A program made the translations under genes and the position numbers. The notes under the pieces are model-generated. The model worked only from the letters and a program-made list of their open reading frames with translations. It was not told the origin of the DNA and did no database searches. From positions 21,536,534-21,600,533 of the forward strand of contig CM120644.1 in the NCBI GenBank assembly GCA_051362555.1: a stretch of 64,000 bases of DNA, written 5' to 3'. Positions 22,301 through 36,079 of this stretch are shown one piece after another. How positions within the stretch are numbered: the first letter of the stretch is position 1; every line of letters begins with the position of its first letter. The DNA comes from Lingula anatina. Lineage: Eukaryota; Animalia; Brachiopoda.

Positions 22301-25300
22301 GTACACATGGAGAAGAAACAGTGCTGCTCTTGGTGGTATCTTTCACTGCCTGCTTTTTCAGCTTTTTCATGGTGAGGGTACTCTGAAACAAGAACAATAT
22401 AACTGAAATGACTGAAAATTACATTTGAAAAGAATGACAAATTCGGTGACTTAATTAAAATAGTTAAACGTTAATAATTTTGTAAAATCTTGTCCAATAT
22501 TTCTGAAATTTGTACAAATGATGCTTAACAACAATAAAAATCTGTGATAAGCTGATCACTTGTCTGTTTCTAATGAAAAGTACTTTTAAGGACAATATAT
22601 TTGCGAAAACCAAAAATAACTTTGAAAAGACAGGGATTTTGCAGGACTTAAAATAGTTAAACGTTAATAATTTTGTCAAATCTTGTCCAATATTTCTGAA
22701 ATTTGTACAAATGATGCTTAACAACAATAAAAATCTGTGATAAGCTGATCAGTTGACTGTGTCTAATGAAAAGTGTTTTTTGGAACAATATATTAGGGAG
22801 AACTGAAAATTACACTGAAAAGACTGGGAAATCGCGGGACTTAAAATAGTTAAACTTTAATAATTTTATCAAATCTTGTCCAATATTTCTGAAATTTGTG
22901 CAAATGATGCTTAACAACAATAAAAATCTGTGATAAGCTGATCAGTTGACTGTGTTCAATGAAAAGTGTTTTTTGGAACAATATATTTGGGAGAACTGAA
23001 AATTACACTGAAAAGACTTGGAAATCGCGGGACTTAAAATAGTTAAACGTTAATAATTTTGTCAAATCTTGTCCAATATTTCTGAAATTTGTGCAAATGA
23101 TGCTTAACAACAATAAAAATCTGTGATAAGCTGATCAGTTGTCTGTATTGAATGAAAAGTGTTTTTTTGGACAATATATTTGCAAAAACCAAAAATTACA
23201 TTGAAAGGACTGGGATTTTGCAGGACTTAAAATAGTTAAACTTTAATAATTTTGTCAAATCTTGTCCAATATTTCTGAAATTTGTACAAATGATGCTTAA
23301 CAACAATAAAAATCTGTGATAAGCTGATCAGTTGACTGTGTCTAATGAAAAGTGTTTTTTGGAACAACATATTTGGGAGAACTAAAAATTACACTGAAAA
23401 GACTGGGAAATCGCGGGCCTTAAAATAGTTAAACGTTAATAATTTTGTCAAATCTTGTCCAATATTTCTGAAATTTGTGCAAATGATGCTTAACAACAAT
23501 AAAAATCTGTGATAAGCTGATCAGTTGTCTGTATTGAATGAAAAGTGTTTTTTTGGACAATATATTTGCAAAAACCAAAAATTACATTGAAAGGACTGGG
23601 ATTTTGCAGGACTTAAAATAGTTAAACTTTAATAATTTTGTCAAATCTTGTCCAATATTTCTGAAATTTGTGCAAATGATGCTTACCAACAATAAAAATT
23701 TGTGATAAGCTGATCATTTGTCTGTGTCTAATGAAAAGTGTTTTTTGGGATAACATATTTGGGAAAACTGAAAATTACATTGAAAAGACTGGCAAATCCC
23801 AGGATTTAAAATAGTTAAACATTAATAATTTTGTCAAATCTTGTGGAATATTTCTGAAATTTGTACAAATGATGCTTAACAATAATAAAAATCTGTGATA
23901 AGCTGATCAGTTATCTGAGTCTTTTTATTAAGTGTCAAGTGTATGGGAAATTGATCATCAGAAGAGTGAGAATTAACCAAAACAAATATTTCAATATTGC
24001 AATGTATCATTTACTCTGAAAGTAAACAGCACATGTGATGATTTGAGGTTGTTTGTGTAAGAGGTTGCAAATTACCTATAACTGTCATCTGGAAAACAAT
24101 ATATACCAATACAAGAGTTCTCCTTACTACCTCTGCAAGATGCAGATTACTCCTTTCTGGAAGGGGTTGTTGTTATCACAATACTCAACAAGGCCCTAAA
24201 TCTTGCCAAATATCATGTATTGTACACATGGAGAAGAAACAGTGCTGCTCTTGGTGGTATCTTTCACTGCCTGCTTTTTCAGCTTTTTCATGGTGAGGGT
24301 ACTCTGAAACAAGAACAATATAACTGAAAGGACTGAAAATTACATTTGAAAAGAATGACAAATTCGGTGACTTAATTAAAATAGTTTAACGTTAATAATT
24401 TTGTCAAATCTAGTCCAATATTTCTGAAATTTGTACAAATGATGCTTAACAACAATAAAAATCTGTGATAAGCTGATCACTTGTCTGTTTCTAATGAAAA
24501 GTACTTTTAAGGACAATATATTTGCGAAAACCAAAAATAACTTTGAAAAGACAGGGATTTTGCAGGACTTAAAATAGTTAAACTTTAATAATTTTGTCAA
24601 ATCTTGTCCAATATTTCTGAAATTTGTACAAATGATGCTTAACAACAATAAAAATCTGTGATAAGCTGATCAGTTGACTGTGTCTAATGAAAAGTGTTTT
24701 TTGGAACAATATATTTGGGAGAACTGAAAATTACACTGAAAAGACTTGGAAATCGCGGGACTTAAAATAGTTAAACGTTAATAATTTTGTCAAATCTTGT
24801 CCAATATTTCTGAAATTTGTACAAATGATGCTTAACAACAATAAAAATCTGTGATAAGCTGATCAGTTGACTGTGTCTAATGAGAAGTGTTTTTTGGAAC
24901 AATATATTTGGGAGAACTGAAAATTACACTGAAAAGACTTGGAAATCGCGGGACTTAAAATAGTTAAACGTTAATAATTTTGTCAAATCTTGTCCAATAT
25001 TTCTGAAATTTGTGCAAATGATGCTTAACAACAATAAAAATCTGTGATAAGCTGATCAGTTGTCTGTATTGAATGAAAAGTGTTTTTTAGGACAATATAT
25101 TTGCAAAAACCAAAAATTACATTGAAAGGACTGGGATTTTGCAGGACTTAAAATAGTTAAACTTTAATAATTTTGTCAAATCTTGTCCAATATTTCTGAA
25201 ATTTGTGCAAATGATGCTTAACAACAATAAAAATCTGTGATAAGCTGATCAGTTGACCGTGTCTAATGAAAAGTGTTTTTTGGAACAATATATTTGGGAG

Positions 25301-28300
25301 AACTGAAAATTACACTGAAAAGACTGAGAAATCGCGGGCCTTAAAATAGTTAAACGTTAATAATTTTGTCAAATCTTGTCCAATATTTCTGAAATTTGTG
25401 CAAATGATGCTTAACAACAATAAAAATTTGTGATAAGCTGATCATTTGTCTGTGTCTAATGAAAAGTGTTTTTTGGGATAACATATTTGGGAAAAGTGAT
25501 AATTACATTGAAAAGACTGGCAAATCCCAGGATTTAAAATAGTTAAACGTTAATAATTTTGTCAAATCTTGTGGAATATTTCTGAAATTTGTACAAATGA
25601 TGCTTAAGAATAATAAAAATCTGTGATAAGCTGATTAGTTATCTGAGCCTTTTTTTTAAGTGTCAAGTGTATGGGAAATTGATCATCAGAAGAGTGAGAA
25701 TTAACCAAAACAAATATTTCAATATTGCAATGTATCATTTACTCTGAAAGTAAACAGCACATGTGATGATTTGAGGTTGTTTGTGTAAGAGGTTGCAAAT
25801 TACCTATAACTGTCATCTGGAAAACAATATATACCAATACAAGAGTTCTCCTTACTACCTCTGCAAGATGCAGATTACTCCTTTCTGGAAGGGGTTGTTG
25901 TTATCACAATACTCAACAAGGCCCTAAATCTTGCCAAATATCATGTATTGTACACATGGAGAAGAAACAGTGCTGCTCTTGGTGGTATCTTTCACTGCCT
26001 GCTTTTTCAGCTTTTTCATGGTGAGGGTACTCTGAAACAAGAACAATATAACTGAAATGACTGAAAATTACATTTGAAAAGAATGACAAATTCGGTGACT
26101 TAATTAAAATAGTTAAACGTTAATAATTTTGTAAAATCTTGTCCAATATTTCTGAAATTTGTACAAATGATGCTTAACAACAATAAAAATCTGTGATAAG
26201 CTGATCACTTGTCTGTTTCTAATGAAAAGTACTTTTAAGGACAATATATTTGCGAAAACCAAAAATAACTTTGAAAAGACAGGGATTTTGCAGGACTTAA
26301 AATAGTTAAACGTTAATAATTTTGTCAAATCTTGTCCAATATTTCTGAAATTTGTACAAATGATGCTTAACAACAATAAAAATCTGTGATAAGCTGATCA
26401 GTTGACTGTGTCTAATGAAAAGTGTTTTTTGGAACAATATATTAGGGAGAACTGAAAATTACACTGAAAAGACTGGGAAATCGCGGGACTTAAAATAGTT
26501 AAACTTTAATAATTTTATCAAATCTTGTCCAATATTTCTGAAATTTGTGCAAATGATGCTTAACAACAATAAAAATCTGTGATAAGCTGATCAGTTGACT
26601 GTGTTCAATGAAAAGTGTTTTTTGGAACAATATATTTGGGAGAACTGAAAATTACACTGAAAAGACTTGGAAATCGCGGGACTTAAAATAGTTAAACGTT
26701 AATAATTTTGTCAAATCTTGTCCAATATTTCTGAAATTTGTGCAAATGATGCTTAACAACAATAAAAATCTGTGATAAGCTGATCAGTTGTCTGTATTGA
26801 ATGAAAAGTGTTTTTTTGGACAATATATTTGCAAAAACCAAAAATTACATTGAAAGGACTGGGATTTTGCAGGACTTAAAATAGTTAAACTTTAATAATT
26901 TTGTCAAATCTTGTCCAATATTTCTGAAATTTGTACAAATGATGCTTAACAACAATAAAAATCTGTGATAAGCTGATCAGTTGACTGTGTCTAATGAAAA
27001 GTGTTTTTTGGAACAACATATTTGGGAGAACTAAAAATTACACTGAAAAGACTGGGAAATCGCGGGCCTTAAAATAGTTAAACGTTAATAATTTTGTCAA
27101 ATCTTGTCCAATATTTCTGAAATTTGTGCAAATGATGCTTAACAACAATAAAAATCTGTGATAAGCTGATCAGTTGTCTGTATTGAATGAAAAGTGTTTT
27201 TTTGGACAATATATTTGCAAAAACCAAAAATTACATTGAAAGGACTGGGATTTTGCAGGACTTAAAATAGTTAAACTTTAATAATTTTGTCAAATCTTGT
27301 CCAATATTTCTGAAATTTGTGCAAATGATGCTTACCAACAATAAAAATTTGTGATAAGCTGATCATTTGTCTGTGTCTAATGAAAAGTGTTTTTTGGGAT
27401 AACATATTTGGGAAAACTGAAAATTACATTGAAAAGACTGGCAAATCCCAGGATTTAAAATAGTTAAACATTAATAATTTTGTCAAATCTTGTGGAATAT
27501 TTCTGAAATTTGTACAAATGATGCTTAACAATAATAAAAATCTGTGATAAGCTGATCAGTTATCTGAGTCTTTTTATTAAGTGTCAAGTGTATGGGAAAT
27601 TGATCATCAGAAGAGTGAGAATTAACCAAAACAAATATTTCAATATTGCAATGTATCATTTACTCTGAAAGTAAACAGCACATGTGATGATTTGAGGTTG
27701 TTTGTGTAAGAGGTTGCAAATTACCTATAACTGTCATCTGGAAAACAATATATACCAATACAAGAGTTCTCCTTACTACCTCTGCAAGATGCAGATTACT
27801 CCTTTCTGGAAGGGGTTGTTGTTATCACAATACTCAACAAGGCCCTAAATCTTGCCAAATATCATGTATTGTACACATGGAGAAGAAACAGTGCTGCTCT
27901 TGGTGGTATCTTTCACTGCCTGCTTTTTCAGCTTTTTCATGGTGAGGGTACTCTGAAACAAGAACAATATAACTGAAAGGACTGAAAATTACATTTGAAA
28001 AGAATGACAAATTCGGTGACTTAATTAAAATAGTTAAACGTTAATAATTTTGTCAAATCTAGTCCAATATTTCTGAAATTTGTACAAATGATGCTTAACA
28101 ACAATAAAAATCTGTGATAAGCTGATCACTTGTCTGTTTTTAATGAAAAGTGCTTTTAAGGACAATATATTTGCGAAAACCAAAAATAACATTGAAAAGA
28201 CAGGGATTTTGCAGGACTTAAAATAGTTAAACTTTAATAATTTTGTCAAATCTTGTCCAATATTTCTGAAATTTGTACAAATGATGCTTAACAACAATAA

Positions 28301-31300
28301 AAATCTGTGATAAGCTGATCAGTTGACTGTGTCTAATGAAAAGTGTTTTTTGGAACAATATATTTGGGAGAACTGAAAATTACACTGAAAAGACTGGGAA
28401 ATCGCGGGACTTAAAATAGTTAAACGTTAATAATTTTGTCAAATCTTGTCCAATATTTCTGAAATTTGTGCAAATGATGCTTAACAACAATAAAAATCTG
28501 TGATAAGCTGATCACTTGTCTGTATTGAATGAAAAGTGTTTTTTAGGGCAATATATTTGTGAAAACCAAAAATAACATAGAAAAGACTGGGATTTTGCAG
28601 GACTTAAAATAGTTAAACTTTAATAATTTTGTCAAATCTTGTCCAATATTTCTGAAATTTGTGCAATTGATGCTTAACAACAATAAAAATTTGTGATAAG
28701 CTGATCATTTGTCTGTGTCTAATGAAAAGTGTTTTTTGGGATAACATATTTGGGAAAAGTGATAATTACATTGAAAAGACTGGCAAATCCCAGGATTTAA
28801 AATAGTTAAACGTTAATAATTTTGTCAAATCTTGTGGAATATTTCTGAAATTTGTACAAATGATGCTTAACAATAATAAAAATCTGTGATAAGCTGATCA
28901 GTTATCTGAGTCTTTTTTTTAAGTGTCAAGTGTATGGGAAATTGATCATCAGAAGAGTGAGAATTAACCAAAACAAATATTTCAATATTACAATGTATCA
29001 TTTACTCTGAAAGTAAACAGCACATGTGATGATTTGAGGTTGTTTGTGTAAGAGGTTGCAAATTACCTATAACTGTCATCTGGAAAACAATATATACCAA
29101 TACAAGAGTTCTCCTTACTACCTCTGCAAGATGCAGATTACTCCTTTCTGGAAGGGGTTGTTGTTATCACAATACTCAACAAGGCCCTAAATCTTGCCAA
29201 ATATCATGTATTGTACACATGGAGAAGAAACAGTGCTGCTCTTGGTGGTATCTTTCACTGCCTGCTTTTTCAGCTTTTTCATGGTGAGGGTACTCTGAAA
29301 CAAGAACAATATAACTGAAAGGACTGAAAATTACATTTGAAAAGAATGACAAATTCGGTGACTTAATTAAAATAGTTTAACGTTAATAATTTTGTCAAAT
29401 CTAGTCCAATATTTCTGAAATTTGTACAAATGATGCTTAACAACAATAAAAATCTGTGATAAGCTGATCACTTGTCTGTTTCTAATGAAAAGTACTTTTA
29501 AGGACAATATATTTGCGAAAACCAAAAATAACTTTGAAAAGACAGGGATTTTGCAGGACTTAAAATAGTTAAACTTTAATAATTTTGTCAAATCTTGTCC
29601 AATATTTCTGAAATTTGTACAAATGATGCTTAACAACAATAAAAATCTGTGATAAGCTGATCAGTTGACTGTGTCTAATGAAAAGTGTTTTTTGGAACAA
29701 TATATTTGGGAGAACTGAAAATTACACTGAAAAGACTTGGAAATCGCGGGACTTAAAATAGTTAAACGTTAATAATTTTGTCAAATCTTGTCCAATATTT
29801 CTGAAATTTGTACAAATGATGCTTAACAACAATAAAAATCTGTGATAAGCTGATCAGTTGACTGTGTCTAATGAGAAGTGTTTTTTGGAACAATATATTT
29901 GGGAGAACTGAAAATTACACTGAAAAGACTTGGAAATCGCGGGACTTAAAATAGTTAAACGTTAATAATTTTGTCAAATCTTGTCCAATATTTCTGAAAT
30001 TTGTGCAAATGATGCTTAACAACAATAAAAATCTGTGATAAGCTGATCAGTTGTCTGTATTGAATGAAAAGTGTTTTTTAGGACAATATATTTGCAAAAA
30101 CCAAAAATTACATTGAAAGGACTGGGATTTTGCAGGACTTAAAATAGTTAAACTTTAATAATTTTGTCAAATCTTGTCCAATATTTCTGAAATTTGTGCA
30201 AATGATGCTTAACAACAATAAAAATCTGTGATAAGCTGATCAGTTGACCGTGTCTAATGAAAAGTGTTTTTTGGAACAATATATTTGGGAGAACTGAAAA
30301 TTACACTGAAAAGACTGAGAAATCGCGGGCCTTAAAATAGTTAAACGTTAATAATTTTGTCAAATCTTGTCCAATATTTCTGAAATTTGTGCAAATGATG
30401 CTTAACAACAATAAAAATTTGTGATAAGCTGATCATTTGTCTGTGTCTAATGAAAAGTGTTTTTTGGGATAACATATTTGGGAAAAGTGATAATTACATT
30501 GAAAAGACTGGCAAATCCCAGGATTTAAAATAGTTAAACGTTAATAATTTTGTCAAATCTTGTGGAATATTTCTGAAATTTGTACAAATGATGCTTAAGA
30601 ATAATAAAAATCTGTGATAAGCTGATTAGTTATCTGAGCCTTTTTTTTAAGTGTCAAGTGTATGGGAAATTGATCATCAGAAGAGTGAGAATTAACCAAA
30701 ACAAATATTTCAATATTGCAATGTATCATTTACTCTGAAAGTAAACAGCACATGTGATGATTTGAGGTTGTTTGTGTAAGAGGTTGCAAATTACCTATAA
30801 CTGTCATCTGGAAAACAATATATACCAATACAAGAGTTCTCCTTACTACCTCTGCAAGATGCAGATTACTCCTTTCTGGAAGGGGTTGTTGTTATCACAA
30901 TACTCAACAAGGCCCTAAATCTTGCCAAATATCATGTATTGTACACATGGAGAAGAAACAGTGCTGCTCTTGGTGGTATCTTTCACTGCCTGCTTTTTCA
31001 GCTTTTTCATGGTGAGGGTACTCTGAAACAAGAACAATATAACTGAAATGACTGAAAATTACATTTGAAAAGAATGACAAATTCGGTGACTTAATTAAAA
31101 TAGTTAAACGTTAATAATTTTGTAAAATCTTGTCCAATATTTCTGAAATTTGTACAAATGATGCTTAACAACAATAAAAATCTGTGATAAGCTGATCACT
31201 TGTCTGTTTCTAATGAAAAGTACTTTTAAGGACAATATATTTGCGAAAACCAAAAATAACTTTGAAAAGACAGGGATTTTGCAGGACTTAAAATAGTTAA

Positions 31301-34300
31301 ACTTTAATAATTTTGTCAAATCTTGTCCAATATTTCTGAAATTTGTACAAATGATGCTTAACAACAATAAAAATCTGTGATAAGCTGATCAGTTGACTGT
31401 GTCTAATGAAAAGTGTTTTTTGGAACAATATATTAGGGAGAACTGAAAATTACACTGAAAAGACTGGGAAATCGCGGGACTTAAAATAGTTAAACTTTAA
31501 TAATTTTATCAAATCTTGTCCAATATTTCTGAAATTTGTGCAAATGATGCTTAACAACAATAAAAATCTGTGATAAGCTGATCAGTTGACTGTGTTCAAT
31601 GAAAAGTGTTTTTTGGAACAATATATTTGGGAGAACTGAAAATTACACTGAAAAGACTTGGAAATCGCGGGACTTAAAATAGTTAAACGTTAATAATTTT
31701 GTCAAATCTTGTCCAATATTTCTGAAATTTGTGCAAATGATGCTTAACAACAATAAAAATCTGTGATAAGCTGATCAGTTGTCTGTATTGAATGAAAAGT
31801 GTTTTTTTGGACAATATATTTGCAAAAACCAAAAATTACATTGAAAGGACTGGGATTTTGCAGGACTTAAAATAGTTAAACTTTAATAATTTTGTCAAAT
31901 CTTGTCCAATATTTCTGAAATTTGTACAAATGATGCTTAACAACAATAAAAATCTGTGATAAGCTGATCAGTTGACTGTGTCTAATGAAAAGTGTTTTTT
32001 GGAACAACATATTTGGGAGAACTAAAAATTACACTGAAAAGACTGGGAAATCGCGGGCCTTAAAATAGTTAAACGTTAATAATTTTGTCAAATCTTGTCC
32101 AATATTTCTGAAATTTGTGCAAATGATGCTTAACAACAATAAAAATCTGTGATAAGCTGATCAGTTGTCTGTATTGAATGAAAAGTGTTTTTTTGGACAA
32201 TATATTTGCAAAAACCAAAAATTACATTGAAAGGACTGGGATTTTGCAGGACTTAAAATAGTTAAACTTTAATAATTTTGTCAAATCTTGTCCAATATTT
32301 CTGAAATTTGTGCAAATGATGCTTACCAACAATAAAAATTTGTGATAAGCTGATCATTTGTCTGTGTCTAATGAAAAGTGTTTTTTGGGATAACATATTT
32401 GGGAAAACTGAAAATTACATTGAAAAGACTGGCAAATCCCAGGATTTAAAATAGTTAAACATTAATAATTTTGTCAAATCTTGTGGAATATTTCTGAAAT
32501 TTGTACAAATGATGCTTAACAATAATAAAAATCTGTGATAAGCTGATCAGTTATCTGAGTCTTTTTATTAAGTGTCAAGTGTATGGGAAATTGATCATCA
32601 GAAGAGTGAGAATTAACCAAAACAAATATTTCAATATTGCAATGTATCATTTACTCTGAAAGTAAACAGCACATGTGATGATTTGAGGTTGTTTGTGTAA
32701 GAGGTTGCAAATTACCTATAACTGTCATCTGGAAAACAATATATACCAATACAAGAGTTCTCCTTACTACCTCTGCAAGATGCAGATTACTCCTTTCTGG
32801 AAGGGGTTGTTGTTATCACAATACTCAACAAGGCCCTAAATCTTGCCAAATATCATGTATTGTACACATGGAGAAGAAACAGTGCTGCTCTTGGTGGTAT
32901 CTTTCACTGCCTGCTTTTTCAGCTTTTTCATGGTGAGGGTACTCTGAAACAAGAACAATATAACTGAAAGGACTGAAAATTACATTTGAAAAGAATGACA
33001 AATTCGGTGACTTAATTAAAATAGTTAAACGTTAATAATTTTGTCAAATCTAGTCCAATATTTCTGAAATTTGTACAAATGATGCTTAACAACAATAAAA
33101 ATCTGTGATAAGCTGATCACTTGTCTGTTTTTAATGAAAAGTGCTTTTAAGGACAATATATTTGCGAAAACCAAAAATAACATTGAAAAGACAGGGATTT
33201 TGCAGGACTTAAAATAGTTAAACTTTAATAATTTTGTCAAATCTTGTCCAATATTTCTGAAATTTGTACAAATGATGCTTAACAACAATAAAAATCTGTG
33301 ATAAGCTGATCAGTTGACTGTGTCTAATGAAAAGTGTTTTTTGGAACAATATATTTGGGAGAACTGAAAATTACACTGAAAAGACTGGGAAATCGCGGGA
33401 CTTAAAATAGTTAAACGTTAATAATTTTGTCAAATCTTGTCCAATATTTCTGAAATTTGTGCAAATGATGCTTAACAACAATAAAAATCTGTGATAAGCT
33501 GATCACTTGTCTGTATTGAATGAAAAGTGTTTTTTAGGGCAATATATTTGTGAAAACCAAAAATAACATAGAAAAGACTGGGATTTTGCAGGACTTAAAA
33601 TAGTTAAACTTTAATAATTTTGTCAAATCTTGTCCAATATTTCTGAAATTTGTGCAATTGATGCTTAACAACAATAAAAATTTGTGATAAGCTGATCATT
33701 TGTCTGTGTCTAATGAAAAGTGTTTTTTGGGATAACATATTTGGGAAAAGTGATAATTACATTGAAAAGACTGGCAAATCCCAGGATTTAAAATAGTTAA
33801 ACGTTAATAATTTTGTCAAATCTTGTGGAATATTTCTGAAATTTGTACAAATGATGCTTAACAATAATAAAAATCTGTGATAAGCTGATCAGTTATCTGA
33901 GTCTTTTTTTTAAGTGTCAAGTGTATGGGAAATTGATCATCAGAAGAGTGAGAATTAACCAAAACAAATATTTCAATATTACAATGTATCATTTACTCTG
34001 AAAGTAAACAGCACATGTGATGATTTGAGGTTGTTTGTGTAAGAGGTTGCAAATTACCTATAACTGTCATCTGGAAAACAATATATACCAATACAAGAGT
34101 TCTCCTTACTACCTCTGCAAGATGCAGATTACTCCTTTCTGGAAGGGGTTGTTGTTATCACAATACTCAACAAGGCCCTAAATCTTGCCAAATATCATGT
34201 ATTGTACACATGGAGAAGAAACAGTGCTGCTCTTGGTGGTATCTTTCACTGCCTGCTTTTTCAGCTTTTTCATGGTGAGGGTACTCTGAAACAAGAACAA

Positions 34301-36079
34301 TATAACTGAAAGGACTGAAAATTACATTTGAAAAGAATGACAAATTCGGTGACTTAATTAAAATAGTTTAACGTTAATAATTTTGTCAAATCTAGTCCAA
34401 TATTTCTGAAATTTGTACAAATGATGCTTAACAACAATAAAAATCTGTGATAAGCTGATCACTTGTCTGTTTCTAATGAAAAGTACTTTTAAGGACAATA
34501 TATTTGCGAAAACCAAAAATAACTTTGAAAAGACAGGGATTTTGCAGGACTTAAAATAGTTAAACTTTAATAATTTTGTCAAATCTTGTCCAATATTTCT
34601 GAAATTTGTACAAATGATGCTTAACAACAATAAAAATCTGTGATAAGCTGATCATTTGTCTGTGTCTAATGAAAAGTGTTTTTTGGAACAATATATTTGG
34701 GAGAACTGAAAATTACACTGAAAAGACTTGGAAATCGCGGGACTTAAAATAGTTAAACGTTAATAATTTTGTCAAATCTTGTCCAATATTTCTGAAATTT
34801 GTACAAATGATGCTTAACAACAATAAAAATCTGTGATAAGCTGATCAGTTGACTGTGTCTAATGAAAAGTGTTTTTTGGAACAATATATTTGGGAGAACT
34901 GAAAATTACACTGAAAAGACTTGGAAATCGCGGGACTTAAAATAGTTAAACGTTAATAATTTTGTCAAATCTTGTCCAATATTTCTGAAATTTGTGCAAA
35001 TGATGCTTAACAACAATAAAAATCTGTGATAAGCTGATCAGTTGTCTGTATTGAATGAAAAGTGTTTTTTAGGACAATATATTTGCAAAAACCAAAAATT
35101 ACATTGAAAGGACTGGGATTTTGCAGGACTTAAAATAGTTAAACTTTAATAATTTTGTCAAATCTTGTCCAATATTTCTGAAATTTGTGCAAATGATGCT
35201 TAACAACAATAAAAATCTGTGATAAGCTGATCAGTTGACCGTGTCTAATGAAAAGTGTTTTTTGGAACAATATATTTGGGAGAACTGAAAATTACACTGA
35301 AAAGACTGGGAAATCGCGGGCCTTAAAATAGTTAAACGTTAATAATTTTGTCAAATCTTGTCCAATATTTCTGAAATTTGTGCAAATGATGCTTAACAAC
35401 AATAAAAATTTGTGATAAGCTGATCATTTGTCTGTGTCTAATGAAAAGTGTTTTTTGGGATAACATATTTGGGAAAAGTGATAATTACATTGAAAAGACT
35501 GGCAAATCCCAGGATTTAAAATAGTTAAACGTTAATAATTTTGTCAAATCTTGTGGAATATTTCTGAAATTTGTACAAATGATGCTTAACAATAATAAAA
35601 ATCTGTGATAAGCTGATTAGTTATCTGAGCCTTTTTTTTAAGTGTCAAGTGTATGGGAAATTGATCATCAGAAGAGTGAGAATTAACCAAAACAAATATT
35701 TCAATATTGCAATGTATCATTTACTCTGAAAGTAAACAAACAGCACATGTGATGATTTGAGGTTGTTTGTGTAAGAGGTTGCAAATTACCTATAACTGTC
35801 ATCTGGAAAACAATATATACCAATACAAGAGTTCTCCTTACTACCTCTGCAAGATGCAGATTACTCCTTTCTGGAAGGGGTTGTTGTTATCACAATACTC
35901 AACAAGGCCCTAAATCTTGCCAAATATCATGTATTGTACACATGGAGAAGAAACAGTGCTGCTCTTGGTGGTATCTTTCACTGCCTGCTTTTTCAGCTTT
36001 TTCATGGTGAGGGTACTCTGAAACAAGAACAATATAACTGAAAGGACTGAAAATTACATTTGAAAAGAATGACAAATTC
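19375..36079. repeat. Super-order repeat domain: units A(1342) B(1728) C(1921) in order A B C B C A B C A B'
   Basis: Unit starts (GGTGACTTAATT) at 19375, 20717, 22445, 24366, 26094, 28015, 29357, 31085, 33006 and 34348. Private variants mark A (GCAATTGATG, CAATATTACAAT), B (GACTGAGAA, GCTTAAGAAT) and C (GTGTTCAATG, TTTTATCAA). This gives 3649- and 4991-bp periods. Confidence 0.9.
20287..20663. repeat. Representative copy of the 377-bp insert that punctuates the satellite
   Basis: Monomer homology stops after ...TCTGAGTCT(T)nAAGTGT and resumes at GAACAATATA(9 nt)ACTGAAAATTACA. The intervening 377 bp has no visible similarity to the monomer and is nearly invariant across interior copies. Confidence 0.9.
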
